From Pseudomonadota bacterium (lineage in GTDB: Bacteria; Pseudomonadota; Gammaproteobacteria; Xanthomonadales; Xanthomonadaceae), in NCBI GenBank assembly GCA_023394655.1, contig JAEXAG010000154.1, positions 1 to 55,187 on the forward strand: a stretch of 55,187 nt of DNA, read 5' to 3'. Numbering within the stretch: the first letter of the stretch is position 1; each line of letters starts with the position of its first letter. A program made the position numbers and the translations under genes. The notes below the pieces were generated by a model that was not told where the DNA came from, did not search any database, and saw nothing but the letters and a program-made list of their open reading frames with translations. This document shows positions 42,659 through 50,572 of this stretch, in pieces.

Positions 42659-44779
42659 ATGAAATCCTCCTCCCTCCCCCTGGTCCGCCCGCTGGCGATC
42701 GCCGTCCTGTCCGCCCTCACCATTTCCGCACACGCTGCCGAAACCCCCGAAGCCGGGACCGATGCCGGTCAGCTCGATCGCGTCATCGTCAACGGCAGCC
42801 GCTACCTGCCGGCCTACCAGGCCCGCGAAGCGCGCAGTGCCACCCGCACCGATACCCCGCTGGTGGACGTGCCGCAGGCCGCCACCGTCATCACCGAAGA
42901 ACTGATGCGCGACCAGGCCATGACCGGATTGCCGGACGTGCTGCGCTACATCCCCGGTGCCGGCGTGGCGCAGGGCGAAGGCAACCGCGACACCGTGGTG
43001 ATGCGCGGCAACAGCAGCACCGCCGATTTCTTCGTGGACGGCCTGCGCGACGACGTCCAGTACATCCGCGACATCTACAACATCGAGCGCGTGGAAGCGC
43101 TGAAGGGCCCGAACGCACTGATCTTCGGGCGCGGCGGCTCCGGCGGTGTGATCAACCGCGTCACCAAGCAGGCCGACGGCCGCGAAGGCGGCGCGCTCAC
43201 GCTGCAGTACGGCAGCTGGGACCGCAAGCGCGGCAGCTTCGATTGGCAGATGCGCGTGGGTCGCGATGCCGCGTTCCGCCTCAATGGCGTGATCGAGGAA
43301 TCCGGCAGCCATCGCGACGGCCTGGAAATCTCGCGCCGCGGCATCAACCCGGTGTTCGGCATCCAGCTGGGAGAAGCCACCCGCCTCGGGCTCTCCTACG
43401 AGCACTTCCGCGACGAACGCAACGCGGATCGCGGCGTGCCGTCCATCAATGGCCGCCCGCTGGACGTGGATCCCTCCACCTTCTTCGGCAGCGCCGCGCT
43501 GAGCCCGGTGCGGGCGCGCGCCAACGTGTTCGATGCCAACTTGGTCCACGCCTTCTCGCCCGCCACCGAGCTGCGAACCCGGCTGCGCCACGGCGATTAC
43601 GACAAGTTCTACCAGAACGTCTTCCCCAGCGGCACCACCACGCTGGCCGATGGCAGCCTCGGTGTCACCCTCGGCGCCTACAACAACCTGACCCATCGCC
43701 GCAGCTGGCTGAGCCAGACCGACCTGGTCCACGAAATGCAGACCGGCGCCCTCCACCACACCCTGCTCGCGGGTTTCGAATTCGGCCACCAGCGCACCGA
43801 CAACCTGCGCATGAGCGGCACTTTTTCCGATGGCAACATCGTCCCGCTCGCCAACCCGAGCTATCCCGGCACGGTCACCTTCGCCCGCCGCGCCACCGAT
43901 GCCTGGAACGACGGCACCGCCCGCACCACCGCCGTGTACGTGCAGGACCAGATCGAGTTCTCGCCGCAGTGGCTGGCCATCATCGGACTGCGCCACGACC
44001 GCTTCGAGATCGACATGGACGATCTGCGCGGCCCGCTGCGCATCTCCAGCCGCGACAACCAGTGGTCCCCTCGTGCAGGCCTGATCCACAAGCCGCGGCC
44101 GGACATGTCGATCTACGCCAGCTGGAGCATGAGCTTCCAGCCGCGCGCCGGCGAGCAGCTGGCCTCGCTCAACGTAGGCACCCGCACGCTGGAGCCGGAG
44201 AAGTTCACCAACAAGGAACTCGGCTGGAAGTGGGAAGCGGGCGAACGGCTTTCGGTATCGCTGGCGGGCTACCAGCTGGATCGCGAGAACGTGGCGGTGG
44301 CCGACCCGGATGACGCCACCCGCATGATCCTGGTCGATGGCCAGCGCGCGCGCGGCGTGGAACTCGGCATCGCCGGGCGCATCACCGACCGCTGGCAGGT
44401 GATGGGCGGCTATGCCTGGCAGGATGGCGAGATCCTCGCCACGCAGTCGGCCAACGCACCGGCCGGCAATCGTCTGGCCCAGCTGCCGCGCCACAGCGCT
44501 TCGCTCTGGAACCGCTTCGACCTGACGCCGCGCTTCGGCTTAGGGCTTGGCGCCATCCACCGCGGCGCGTTCTTCGCCTCCACCGACAACAGCGTCACCG
44601 TCCCCGGTTTCACCCGCCTGGATGGCGCCCTGTACTGGAACGTGAAGCCGCAACTGCACCTGCAGCTCAACATCGAGAACCTGCTGGATACGCGCTACCA
44701 CGCATCCGCGCACAACAACCACAACATCGCGCCGGGCGCACCGCGAGGCGGCATGCTGACGGCACGCTTCACGTTCTGA
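42659..44779 (+). CDS. TonB-dependent siderophore receptor (Fiu/PiuA-like)
   Basis: Signal peptide, SATRTDTPLVDVPQ, GEGNRD, ERVEALKGP..IFGRGGSGGVINRVTK, NIENLLD and a C-terminal Phe. Confidence 0.93.
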   Translation: MKSSSLPLVRPLAIAVLSALTISAHAAETPEAGTDAGQLDRVIVNGSRYLPAYQAREARSATRTDTPLVDVPQAATVITEELMRDQAMTGLPDVLRYIPGAGVAQGEGNRDTVVMRGNSSTADFFVDGLRDDVQYIRDIYNIERVEALKGPNALIFGRGGSGGVINRVTKQADGREGGALTLQYGSWDRKRGSFDWQMRVGRDAAFRLNGVIEESGSHRDGLEISRRGINPVFGIQLGEATRLGLSYEHFRDERNADRGVPSINGRPLDVDPSTFFGSAALSPVRARANVFDANLVHAFSPATELRTRLRHGDYDKFYQNVFPSGTTTLADGSLGVTLGAYNNLTHRRSWLSQTDLVHEMQTGALHHTLLAGFEFGHQRTDNLRMSGTFSDGNIVPLANPSYPGTVTFARRATDAWNDGTARTTAVYVQDQIEFSPQWLAIIGLRHDRFEIDMDDLRGPLRISSRDNQWSPRAGLIHKPRPDMSIYASWSMSFQPRAGEQLASLNVGTRTLEPEKFTNKELGWKWEAGERLSVSLAGYQLDRENVAVADPDDATRMILVDGQRARGVELGIAGRITDRWQVMGGYAWQDGEILATQSANAPAGNRLAQLPRHSASLWNRFDLTPRFGLGLGAIHRGAFFASTDNSVTVPGFTRLDGALYWNVKPQLHLQLNIENLLDTRYHASAHNNHNIAPGAPRGGMLTARFTF

Positions 44780-44859
44780 GGCTTGCGGTCGGGCGGGATG
44801 TCGTGGCCGGACCTCAAGGCTCGACCATCGAAACCGATGTTCCGCCCGGCTTCGCCGGA

Positions 44860-45246
44860 TCAGTCGCGTCGGCCGCGTCGCCGGCGCGAGGACGCATCCT
44901 CCGGCGCCGGGCCGGACCACAGGAGCTCGTCGAGGCTCGCCTTCACGATCGCGCCACGCACCCGGCCCTCACGCACCTCCACGCCCTCGCCGAGCAGGCG
45001 CCCAACCTGCTCGATGGCATCCGCGCTGCCGGCGGGGAACGCGATCCGGCCATCACCACGCACCACCCGATGCCAGGGCAGCCCCGGCTCGCCCGCCTCG
45101 GCCAGCACCCTCGCCACCCAGCGCGCACGGCCCGGCAGTCCCGCGCGCCGTGCAATCTCGCCATAGCTCGCCACGTGCCCTTCCGGCAGCGCACGCACCG
45201 CTTCCAGCACCTTGCGCCGACACGCTTCGCGGCAGTCCTCTTCCAT
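44860..45246 (-). CDS. Alkyltransferase-like (ATL, YbaZ-like) DNA-binding protein
   Basis: ASYGEIARRAG..GRARWV and PWHRVV, with Trp in place of the MGMT catalytic Cys. Confidence 0.85.
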   Translation of the reverse strand: MEEDCREACRRKVLEAVRALPEGHVASYGEIARRAGLPGRARWVARVLAEAGEPGLPWHRVVRGDGRIAFPAGSADAIEQVGRLLGEGVEVREGRVRGAIVKASLDELLWSGPAPEDASSRRRRGRRD

Positions 45247-45324
45247 GCCGGGAGCCTGCGGCGGACGCCGCCCGGCGTCAACCACGGCGGCGTGAACGCG
45301 TTTTCAGGACGCGTCACCGCGCGC

Positions 45325-45333
45325 TGCTATGAT
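45325..45333 (+). promoter_or_regulatory. Extended -10 promoter for the leader-CNNM-exoD unit
   Basis: TG-c-TATGAT. Confidence 0.55.
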
Positions 45334-45358
45334 TCGGGTCGATTTTCGCCCGACCGCC

Positions 45359-45427
45359 ATGGACCCAGACCCCAAACCCCCGTCTCGCCCGCCCGCCTAC
45401 GCATCGAAGGAGACGGGCCGTGCTTGA
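45359..45427 (+). CDS. Putative Pro-rich leader peptide (MgtL-like), 22 aa
   Basis: MDPDPKPPSRPPAYASKETGRA. Its stop overlaps the downstream GTG start by 8 nt, and it contains CCCGTCTC, complementary to GAGACGGG at the downstream SD. Confidence 0.6.
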   Translation: MDPDPKPPSRPPAYASKETGRA

Positions 45428-46724
45428 ACTCCTGATCGTCATCGCACTGATCGGCCTCAACGGCTTTTTCGCGATGTCCGAAATGGCGCTGGTGACTTCC
45501 CGCAAGCTGCGCCTGAAGCAGATGGCCGAGACCTCGCGCGGCGCGGCCAAGGCACTGGCGCTCGCCGAGCATCCGGACAACCTGCTCTCGACGGTGCAGA
45601 TCTGCATCACCGCGATCGGCCTCCTGGCCGGCCTGTTCGGCGGCGAGGCCATCGGCGGCCTGATCGCCGGAGGGCTCGAAAGCACCTTCCCCGGCATCAG
45701 CGCCTATGCTCGTCCGATCGGCATCGGCACCGCGATGACCCTGATCACCGCCGGCTCGGTCATCTTCGGCGAACTCATCCCCAAGCGTCTCGCGCTGACC
45801 AACCCGGAGCGCATCGCGGCCGGCGTCGCCATCCCGCTGGATGCGCTCGCCACCCTCGCCAAGCCGGTAGTGCTGGCGCTGGGCGCGATCAATCGGGCCG
45901 TGCTGCGCCTGCTCGGCATCCGCGATGACGCGCGCGGCGCGATCACCGAAGAGGAAATCCAGCTGCTGGTGAGCGAAAGCCACGAGCAGGGCGTGATCGA
46001 CGACGACGAGCGCAACATGATGAACCGGGTGATGCGCCTGGGCGATCGCGATGCGGAAAGCCTGATGACGCCGCGCACCCGCATCACCTGGCTCGATGCC
46101 GAGGCCGATTTCATCGAGAACCTGTCCACGATGCAGGCCACGCCGTTCTCCCGCTACCCGGTCTATCGGGGCGACGACCGCCATGTGCTCGGCGTGTTCG
46201 AGGTGAAATCCCTGCTGCGCGATCTCGACCGCAACCGGCTCGAGCTGTTCAAGGAGCTGCGACCGGCCGTCTTCGTTTCCGAATCCACCCATGCGATGAA
46301 GCTGCTGGAAATCTTCCGCGAGGAAATGCAGTCGCTGGCGCTGGTGGTGGACGAGTACGGCGAGATCACCGGCATCATCACCGTCAACGACGTGATGGGC
46401 GCGGTGATCGGCCGCATCCAGTCGGCCGAAGGCGGCGACAAGGAACCGATGGTCGCGGCGCGCGATGACGGTTCGTTGCTGGTCGATGGCCGCCTGCCGG
46501 TGGACGACCTGCGCGAACTGCTCGGCAGCGCACGCCTGCCGGAGGAGGACGAGCACGATTACCACACCGCGGCCGGCATGCTGATCGCCCAGTTCGGACG
46601 CATCCCGCATGTCGGCGAGCATTTCGACTGGGCCGGGTGGCGCATCGAAGTGGTGGACCTCGACGGCCCCCGCATCGACAAGCTCCTGCTGCAACGGCTG
46701 GATGCCGGGGCCGGCGATGCCTGA
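45420..46724 (+). CDS. CNNM/DUF21-CBS-CorC (hemolysin-family) membrane transporter
   Basis: NGFFAMSEMAL, STVQI, FGELIPKRLA, MTPRT, SRYPVY, VVDEYG and the C-terminal CorC_HlyC IEVVDLDGPRIDK. AAGGAG SD before the GTG. Confidence 0.93.
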   Translation: MLELLIVIALIGLNGFFAMSEMALVTSRKLRLKQMAETSRGAAKALALAEHPDNLLSTVQICITAIGLLAGLFGGEAIGGLIAGGLESTFPGISAYARPIGIGTAMTLITAGSVIFGELIPKRLALTNPERIAAGVAIPLDALATLAKPVVLALGAINRAVLRLLGIRDDARGAITEEEIQLLVSESHEQGVIDDDERNMMNRVMRLGDRDAESLMTPRTRITWLDAEADFIENLSTMQATPFSRYPVYRGDDRHVLGVFEVKSLLRDLDRNRLELFKELRPAVFVSESTHAMKLLEIFREEMQSLALVVDEYGEITGIITVNDVMGAVIGRIQSAEGGDKEPMVAARDDGSLLVDGRLPVDDLRELLGSARLPEEDEHDYHTAAGMLIAQFGRIPHVGEHFDWAGWRIEVVDLDGPRIDKLLLQRLDAGAGDA

Positions 46725-47334
46725 GGCCGGACTCCGGCGGATCGGTACCCGCGCCCTGCTCGACCAGCTCAGCGAAGGCGACCCCGACGAGGTGCTGGCA
46801 CTCGACGCCCTGCTCGACGGACTGGGCCGGCGCGCTTTCGGCGTGCTGCTGTTCCTTGCCATCCCGCCGGCATTTTTCCCCGGGGTCGCGGCGGTGATCG
46901 GCGCGCCGGTGGTGATCCTGGTCGGCATGCAGCTGCTTCTGCGCCGGCAGCATGCGTGGCTGCCGCGATTCCTGGACGGCCGCGGGCCGCAACGTTCGCT
47001 GTTCGCGCGCTTCGAGGCGCGTTTCTCGCGCTGGCTGCATCGGCTCGAACGCTTGGTGAAGCCACGCTGGCCCGCCATGATCGACCACCCGCTGGCCAGC
47101 ATGTTCACCGGCCTGCTGTTGGTCCTGCTCGGCATCCTGCTGGCGCTGCCGATCCCTTTCACCAACGTGGCGTTCGCGGTGCTCCTGCTGCTGATCGCAC
47201 TGGCGCTGCTGGAGCGCGACGGCGCCCTGCTGCTCTTCGGCTGGCTCGCCGGCAGTGCGGCCGTGGCCGTGCTCGGCGTCGCCTCGGGTGAACTCGCCAC
47301 CTGGGCCGCGCGCTCGATCGACCACCTGTTCTGA
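46717..47334 (+). CDS. exoD: Exopolysaccharide synthesis ExoD family protein
   Basis: LGRRAFGVLL, WLPRF, LERLVKPRW, LALPIPFTN and LLERDG. Confidence 0.85.
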   Translation: MPEAGLRRIGTRALLDQLSEGDPDEVLALDALLDGLGRRAFGVLLFLAIPPAFFPGVAAVIGAPVVILVGMQLLLRRQHAWLPRFLDGRGPQRSLFARFEARFSRWLHRLERLVKPRWPAMIDHPLASMFTGLLLVLLGILLALPIPFTNVAFAVLLLLIALALLERDGALLLFGWLAGSAAVAVLGVASGELATWAARSIDHLF

Positions 47335-47337
47335 CCG

Positions 47338-47700
47338 TCAGAGCCCGCGGGTCTCCGCCTGCCGCCGTTCGTCGGCGAACTCCCGGAACTCCCTCTGGCT
47401 CATCGGCTTGCCCAGCCAGAAGCCCTGTCCGAAATCACAGCCGGCCTCGCGAAGCGCATCGTACTGCTCCGGCTGCTCGATCCCTTCCGCCACGGTGACG
47501 ATGCCCAGCGACTGCGCCATCCCGATGATGGTGCGGGTAAGCGCGCGATGTTCGCTTTCGGAAAACATTCCCGCGATGAACGCGCGATCGATCTTGACCC
47601 CGTCCACCGGCAGGCGCATCAGGTGGCTCAATCCGGAGAAGCCGGTGCCAAAATCGTCCAGCCACAGGCGGATGCCCTGGTCGCGCAGCCGTGCAAGCAC
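47338..47700 (-). pseudogene. C-terminal half of an EAL (c-di-GMP phosphodiesterase) domain
   Basis: LWLDDFGTGFSGL, VKIDRAF, VAEGIE and GQGFWL are present. The EAL motif and N-terminal half are absent, and only about 110 nt separate it from the trmJ stop. Confidence 0.7.
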
Positions 47701-47810
47701 GGCATGGGTGCGGCCATCGCGCCGTTTCCAGTGTCGGGACGTGCGAGAGCACTCCTTCAGCAGGAGAACTCCGTCCAGCCTAGCGCAACGGTGCCGCATG
47801 CAGAATGTCT

Positions 47811-48593
47811 TCAACGCCCTTCCGTGGCGATCCGCGCCATTCGCTGGGCGTCCGCCAGCACGCCGCGCATCAGTCGCACCTCGCGCGCGTTCATGTCGGC
47901 GCGCAGGAAGATGCGCCGCAACTTCCGCATCGCGGATTCCGGCGTCCGGCCCTTGTGGAAATCGATGGCGTCCAACGTCTCGCCCAGCTGCGAGAAGAAG
48001 CCTTCCAGCTCGGCGTGCGAGGCCGGGACCCCGTCCCCGCTGGCCGGCACCGCTTCGGCAGTGGACGCCGCCGCCAGCAGGCCCACCCGCAATTCGTAGG
48101 CAAGCACCTGCACGGCCGCCGCCAGGTTGAGGGAGCTGAATTCCGGATCGGCGGGAATGTGCACCGCGGCGTGGCAGAGCTGCAGCTCGTGGTTGTCCAG
48201 ACCCGTCCGCTCGCGTCCGAACACCAGCGCGATGTCGTCGCCGCGGAACACGGCATCCAGCGCGCGCGAAGCGGCCTCGCGCGGGGCCAGTTCCTCCAGC
48301 GCGATGCGCCGGCTGCGCGCGGTGCAGCCGAGCACCAGCCGGCAATCGGCGACGGCCTCCTCGAGCGTCGCGAACACGGGCGCATCGAATACCAGCGCCT
48401 CGGCGCCGGCGGCCATCGAAGCGGTGGCCAGGTCGGGTTTCTTCTCCGGCGCCACCAGCACCATCCGCGAAAGGCCCATCGTGCGCATGGCGCGCGCGGC
48501 GGAACCGAGGTTGCCGGGGTGCTGGGTCCCGACCATGACGATGCGGATGCGCGCGGCCAGCGCCGCGTGGCTCGGGTTTGTGATGTCGTCCAT
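47811..48593 (-). CDS. trmJ: tRNA (cytidine/uridine-2'-O)-methyltransferase TrmJ (SPOUT)
   Basis: [20 protein letters not shown] and SSLNLAAAV. Divergent from suhB. Confidence 0.9.
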   Translation of the reverse strand: MDDITNPSHAALAARIRIVMVGTQHPGNLGSAARAMRTMGLSRMVLVAPEKKPDLATASMAAGAEALVFDAPVFATLEEAVADCRLVLGCTARSRRIALEELAPREAASRALDAVFRGDDIALVFGRERTGLDNHELQLCHAAVHIPADPEFSSLNLAAAVQVLAYELRVGLLAAASTAEAVPASGDGVPASHAELEGFFSQLGETLDAIDFHKGRTPESAMRKLRRIFLRADMNAREVRLMRGVLADAQRMARIATEGR

Positions 48594-48609
48594 CGCACAA
48601 TGTTAAACT
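48594..48609. promoter_or_regulatory. Bidirectional overlapping -10 elements between trmJ and suhB
   Basis: Top strand TG-t-TAAACT (48601-09). Bottom strand TAACAT (48605-00)-6 nt-ATG of trmJ. Confidence 0.6.
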
Positions 48610-48661
48610 GATCAATCCGGCATCGAGGCCGGGTCCGTTCTTGTTCAACCAGGCGATCCCC

Positions 48662-49483
48662 ATGCAGAAACCTGCAGTCACCCTCATGGTCAAGGCGGCG
48701 CGTGCCGCCGGCAACGTGCTGATGCGCCACATCAGTCGCCTCGATGCGATCAACGTGATCGAGAAGGATCGCCTCGACTACGCGAGCGACGTCGACCGCC
48801 AGGCCGAGGAAGCCGCGATCCGCGAGCTTCGTCGCGCCGCGCCCGATTACGCCATCCTCGGCGAGGAAGGCGGGCAGATGGGCAAGGGCCGCAACGTCTG
48901 GGTCATCGACCCGCTCGACGGCACCAGCAACTACCTGCGCGGCCTGCCTCACTACTGCGTCTCGATCGCCATGGTGGAGAACGGCGAGCCGCAACACGCG
49001 GTCATCTTCGACCCGCTGCGCAACGAGCTGTTCACCGCCAGCAAGGGCAATGGCGCCGTGCTCAACGATCGCCGCATCCGCGTCGCCGAGCGCCGCACGC
49101 TGGAAGGTGCGCTCATCGCCACCGGCTTCCACCCTCGCGAGCGCACGCGCGCGGGCGCCCAGCTCGAATGCGTCCGCCAGTTGCTCTCGCAGGCGCAGGT
49201 CGAGGACATCCGCCGTACCGGCTCCGCCGCGCTGGACCTGGCCTATGTCGCCTGCGGGCGGCTGGATGCCTATTTCGAAGCCGGGGTGAAGCCCTGGGAC
49301 ATCGCCGCCGGCATCCTGCTGGTGCGCGAGGCCGGCGGCAAGGTCAGCGATTTCAAGGGCGCACCGACCGCGCCGGTGGACGTGCGCGGCGTGGACAGCC
49401 GCGGCATCCTCGCCGGCAACATCCGCACCGCCGAAGCCCTGCAGAAGGCCATCGTCGACAGCGGCTACGCCGCCACTTTCTGA
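48662..49483 (+). CDS. suhB: Inositol monophosphatase / Nus factor SuhB
   Basis: [28 protein letters not shown] and WDIAAG. Confidence 0.94.
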   Translation: MQKPAVTLMVKAARAAGNVLMRHISRLDAINVIEKDRLDYASDVDRQAEEAAIRELRRAAPDYAILGEEGGQMGKGRNVWVIDPLDGTSNYLRGLPHYCVSIAMVENGEPQHAVIFDPLRNELFTASKGNGAVLNDRRIRVAERRTLEGALIATGFHPRERTRAGAQLECVRQLLSQAQVEDIRRTGSAALDLAYVACGRLDAYFEAGVKPWDIAAGILLVREAGGKVSDFKGAPTAPVDVRGVDSRGILAGNIRTAEALQKAIVDSGYAATF

Positions 49484-49535
49484 CCCCGCAAAAGCGGACG
49501 CCGGGCAAATCCCGGCGCCGATCGGATCTGCTGCC

Positions 49536-49569
49536 GATGCCGGGCCCGCGAGCCCGGCATCTTCTTTTT
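49536..49569 (+). terminator. Intrinsic terminator after suhB
   Basis: GATGCCGGGC-ccgcga-GCCCGGCATC followed by TTCTTTTT. A second hairpin at 49499-49517 may serve the convergent secF. Confidence 0.8.
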
Positions 49570-49573
49570 CGCC

Positions 49574-50563
49574 TCAGGGCCGGCGGGCCAGCGCGGCATC
49601 GTCCTTGGCGCGCGGCATCAGGTCCTGCTTGGTCACCTTCAGGAAGCCGACGGTCAGCATCGGGCAGGCGATCAGGATCGAGGAGATCGTCCCGAACACC
49701 GCGCCGAACATCTGGGTCAGCGCCAGCCCCTGCAGCGATTCGCCGCCGAACAGGTAGAGCGCCAGCACGGTCAGGAAGAACACGGCCGAGGTGATGATCG
49801 TGCGCGAGAGCGTCTGGTTGATCGAGGCGTTGAAGATTTCCATCGGGGTGCCGCGCATCGAGCGGAAGTTCTCGCGCACGCGGTCGAACACCACGACGGT
49901 GTCGTTGATCGAGAAACCCATCACCGACAGCAGGCCGGCCAGCACGGTCAGGTCGAACTCGCGCCCGGTGAGCGCGAACAGCCCGGCCACCACCATCACG
50001 TCCAGCAGCGTGGTCACGCTGGCCACCACCGCGAATTTCCATTCGAAGCGCAGGCTGATGTAGATCAGGAAGCCGATCAGCACGAAGGCCGCGGCCTGCA
50101 TGGCCTTGCTGGTCAATTCGGAGCTGACCATCGCGCTGATCGATTCGCGGCTCTTGATCGTGGCCTCGTTGCCGGGCGTGCTCAGCGCGGTCCGCACCGC
50201 CTCGGCCTGGCGGACGCCCTCGTCGACCTGCGCCCCGCTGGCGGCTTGGCCGGTGTCGGCCCGGGCCTCGCCGCGCAGGCGGACCAGTAGGTCGGTGGCA
50301 TTGCCGAAGGCCTGCACCTGGGCACGTTCGAATCCGGCATCGGCCAGGCGCCCGCGCACGTCCTCGACGTTCGGCGGCTGCTCGAAACGCAGTTCGATCG
50401 CGGTGCCACCGGTGAAGTCGAGCCCGAAGTTGAAGCCCTTGCCGAAGATGCCGGCAAGCGCGACCAGGAAGCACAGCACGGCGAAGCCGAGGTGGAACCA
50501 GCGCCAGCGCATGAAATCGATGCGCGTGTCGCTGGGGATCAGGGTCAGGGGAAAGATCTTCAT
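49574..50563 (-). CDS. secF: Protein translocase subunit SecF
   Basis: GLDFTGG, GFSINDTVVVFDRVREN and SINQTLSRT. Confidence 0.97.
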   Translation of the reverse strand: MKIFPLTLIPSDTRIDFMRWRWFHLGFAVLCFLVALAGIFGKGFNFGLDFTGGTAIELRFEQPPNVEDVRGRLADAGFERAQVQAFGNATDLLVRLRGEARADTGQAASGAQVDEGVRQAEAVRTALSTPGNEATIKSRESISAMVSSELTSKAMQAAAFVLIGFLIYISLRFEWKFAVVASVTTLLDVMVVAGLFALTGREFDLTVLAGLLSVMGFSINDTVVVFDRVRENFRSMRGTPMEIFNASINQTLSRTIITSAVFFLTVLALYLFGGESLQGLALTQMFGAVFGTISSILIACPMLTVGFLKVTKQDLMPRAKDDAALARRP

Positions 50564-50572
50564 CGGTTTACC

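Noticed and set aside
45264..45318. Two small inverted repeats (ACGCCGCC...GGCGGCGT and GTGAACGCGT...ACGCGTCAC) between ATL and the CNNM leader
   Set aside because: Short, GC-rich and single-copy, so they cannot be separated from chance without conservation data.
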